The notes below the pieces were generated by a model. The model did not search any database, had not been told where the DNA came from, and worked only from the letters and a program-made list of their open reading frames with translations. 64,000 nucleotides of DNA from Thecamonas trahens ATCC 50062 (Eukaryota > Protista > Apusomonadida): contig NW_013657613.1 in assembly GCF_000142905.1 (NCBI RefSeq), forward strand, positions 90,231 through 154,230, read 5' to 3'. A program made the translations under genes and the position numbers. This document shows, piece after piece, positions 62,306 through 64,000 of this stretch (its first letter is position 1; the number at the start of each line of letters is the position of its first letter).

Positions 62306-63791
62306 ATGGTAAGTGATGAAGAACAGAGGGATTATTACCGACTGGTGATGTCAACCATGTCCATACCCCCTCTCCTGGCCCTTCCCCTTGGCCCTTCCCC
62401 TCCTCCTCTCTCTCTCGGACGAGAGANNNNNNNNNNNNNNNNNNNNNNNNNNNNNNNNNNNNNNNNNNNNNNNNNNNNNNNNNNNNNNNNNNNNNNNNNN
62501 NNNNNNNNNNNNNNNNNNNNNNNNNNNNNNNNNNNNNNNNNNNNNNNNNNNNNNNNNNNNNNNNNNNNNNNNNNNNNNNNNNNNNNNNNNNNNNNNNNNN
62601 NNNNNNNNNNNNNNNNNNNNNATAAGGAGCCCCCCTACCCTTCCCCCCTCCCCTCCCCTGCCCACCGTGGGATTGTGACACGCCGGGTGGATCTCTTCTC
62701 CACTCGGCCTCTGCCCGTCTACCTCGTTTGATGCGGCTGGTAGAGGCGGTGGGTAGAGGCGGTGGGTAGGGGAGGGGAGCGTTTGGCTTCTGTTTGTTTG
62801 GGTGAGCGCGAGGGTGTTATGTATGCATGTATGCATGTATGTATGTATGTGTGTATGTATGTGTGTGTGTGTGTGTGCGTGTACTCATGGTGTTTGTGCG
62901 TCTGTCTCTGCGTCTGTCTCTGCGTCTGTCTCTGCGTCTGTCTCTGCGTCTGTCTCTGCGTCGGCTTGTGACTCTGGTGCGTGACTCTGGTGCGTGGCTT
63001 GGGTGTGTGGCTGCCTCTGTTTTACACAGTCGACGACAACGGATCCGGTGTGCTACACGTGTGGCGAGTCTGGCCACTTTTCCCGCGAGTGCCCTGCTGA
63101 GGACGGCCCGCTTGATGGCGCTGGCTCCAAGTGCTACAGCTGCGGCCAGTATGGCCACATTGCCCGCGAGTGCCCGGATGTGACGGATGTGGTGAACGGC
63201 ATCTCGGGGACCAAATGTTACAGCTGCGGTCAGATCGGGCATTACGCCCGCGAGTGCCCCGATGGTGACGGTGCCGGCTCGGGCTCGCCGGGCGTCGGCT
63301 CCAAGTGCTACAACTGCGGCCAGCGCGGCCACTTTGCGCGCGAGTGCCCTTCAGGTGGCAGCAACGGCGGCAGTGGCCGCGAGGGCGGTAACCGGTGCTT
63401 CCGCTGCTCGGGCGTCGGCCACTTTGCGCGCGACTGCCCGTCCGAGGACGCCCGGACGTGCTACGTCTGCCACCAGCGCGGCCACTTTGCGCGCGACTGC
63501 CCGCTCGACGACGGGACCCAGGAGCGCGCGCCGCGTAGCAGCGGCGGCTCGTGCTACAACTGCGGCCAGACCGGCCACTTTGCCCGCGACTGCCAGGCTT
63601 CAGGCTCGGATGACGACGGCGGGTACCGTCCCCCGGCCCGCTCGGGCCGCAACTCGCGTGGCGCCAAGTGCTTCCGCTGCGGCGAGGTCGGCCACATGGC
63701 CCGTGACTGCGCGTCGGAGGACCGCAAGTGCTTCAACTGCGGCCAGCCGGGTCACTTTTCGCGCGACTGCCCCGAGGCTGACGACTACTAA
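62306..63791 (+). CDS. CNBP/HEXBP-like protein with 9 CCHC zinc knuckles; probable ATG-only first exon
   Basis: Nine C-x2-C-x4-H-x4-C motifs counted. Acceptor TTTTACACAG|63030. The candidate first exon is ATG 62306-62308|GTAAGT. The intron contains a gap, so exon 1 is tentative. Confidence 0.88.
62427..62621. other. Assembly gap
   Basis: Run of N. Confidence 1.
62897..62962. repeat. 12-bp tandem repeat GCGTCTGTCTCT x5 (intronic)
   Basis: Read directly. Confidence 0.9.
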
Positions 63792-63920
63792 GGTGCTTGC
63801 GTACCCTGTTGACTTATTTCCGGGTTTCGGGAGAGGGAAAGGGTGTGCGCAAGGGTTTTGCGCTCCGACACGCGGGCATCATGCCGGATAGACATGAAGA
63901 GCGGGTGGAGTATGGTCTTG

Positions 63921-63962
<42 letters not shown>

Positions 63963-64000
63963 TCGTTCTCACGCCGGCCCTACAGAGTGGCGGCCGGTCC

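Noticed and set aside
62312-62365. Box C/D snoRNA (GTGATGA...CCGA...GTGATG)
   Set aside because: The C box overlaps the candidate donor, no terminal CTGA D box is seen before the gap, and I recognise no rRNA guide.

Overview
This is GC-rich, gene-dense eukaryotic nuclear DNA from a draft assembly with three N-gaps. Gene content and style suggest a flagellated heterotrophic protist, and an apusomonad such as Thecamonas trahens is my unverified guess. About 28 protein-coding genes lie on both strands. They include squalene synthase, a class-III aminotransferase, an AKR1-type DHHC palmitoyltransferase, PCH2/TRIP13, a SMYD protein, APC2, an LSMT-type SET protein, CAP-Gly-Clu-TPR and 3xSH3 proteins, a chromodomain protein, RBM25, roadblock, NEK and MAPK kinases, COX10, MTA/SAH nucleosidase, DD3-3, a DOMON-copper monooxygenase, a TEX47-like protein and a 9-knuckle CNBP-like protein. 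I rebuilt 10 introns by hand (11 if the AKR1 one is real). Each is the single intron of its gene and lies near the 5' end, with GTAYGN donors (one GTAAGT), an ACTNAY branch-like motif and usually G-rich 3' ends. Three genes need a one-base frameshift at a short homopolymer. No rRNA, tRNA, CRISPR array or transposase was seen. The most striking unexplained pattern is that gene 5' regions carry dense ApT clusters (CAT/GAT/ATG/ATC) and tandem repeats that intrude into protein N-termini as His/Asp/Met-rich inserts. This suggests TSS-proximal 6mA (ApT) methylation domains shaping the sequence, and repeat variants there are mostly CpG<->TpG/CpA transitions. All counts are by eye and no database searches were run.
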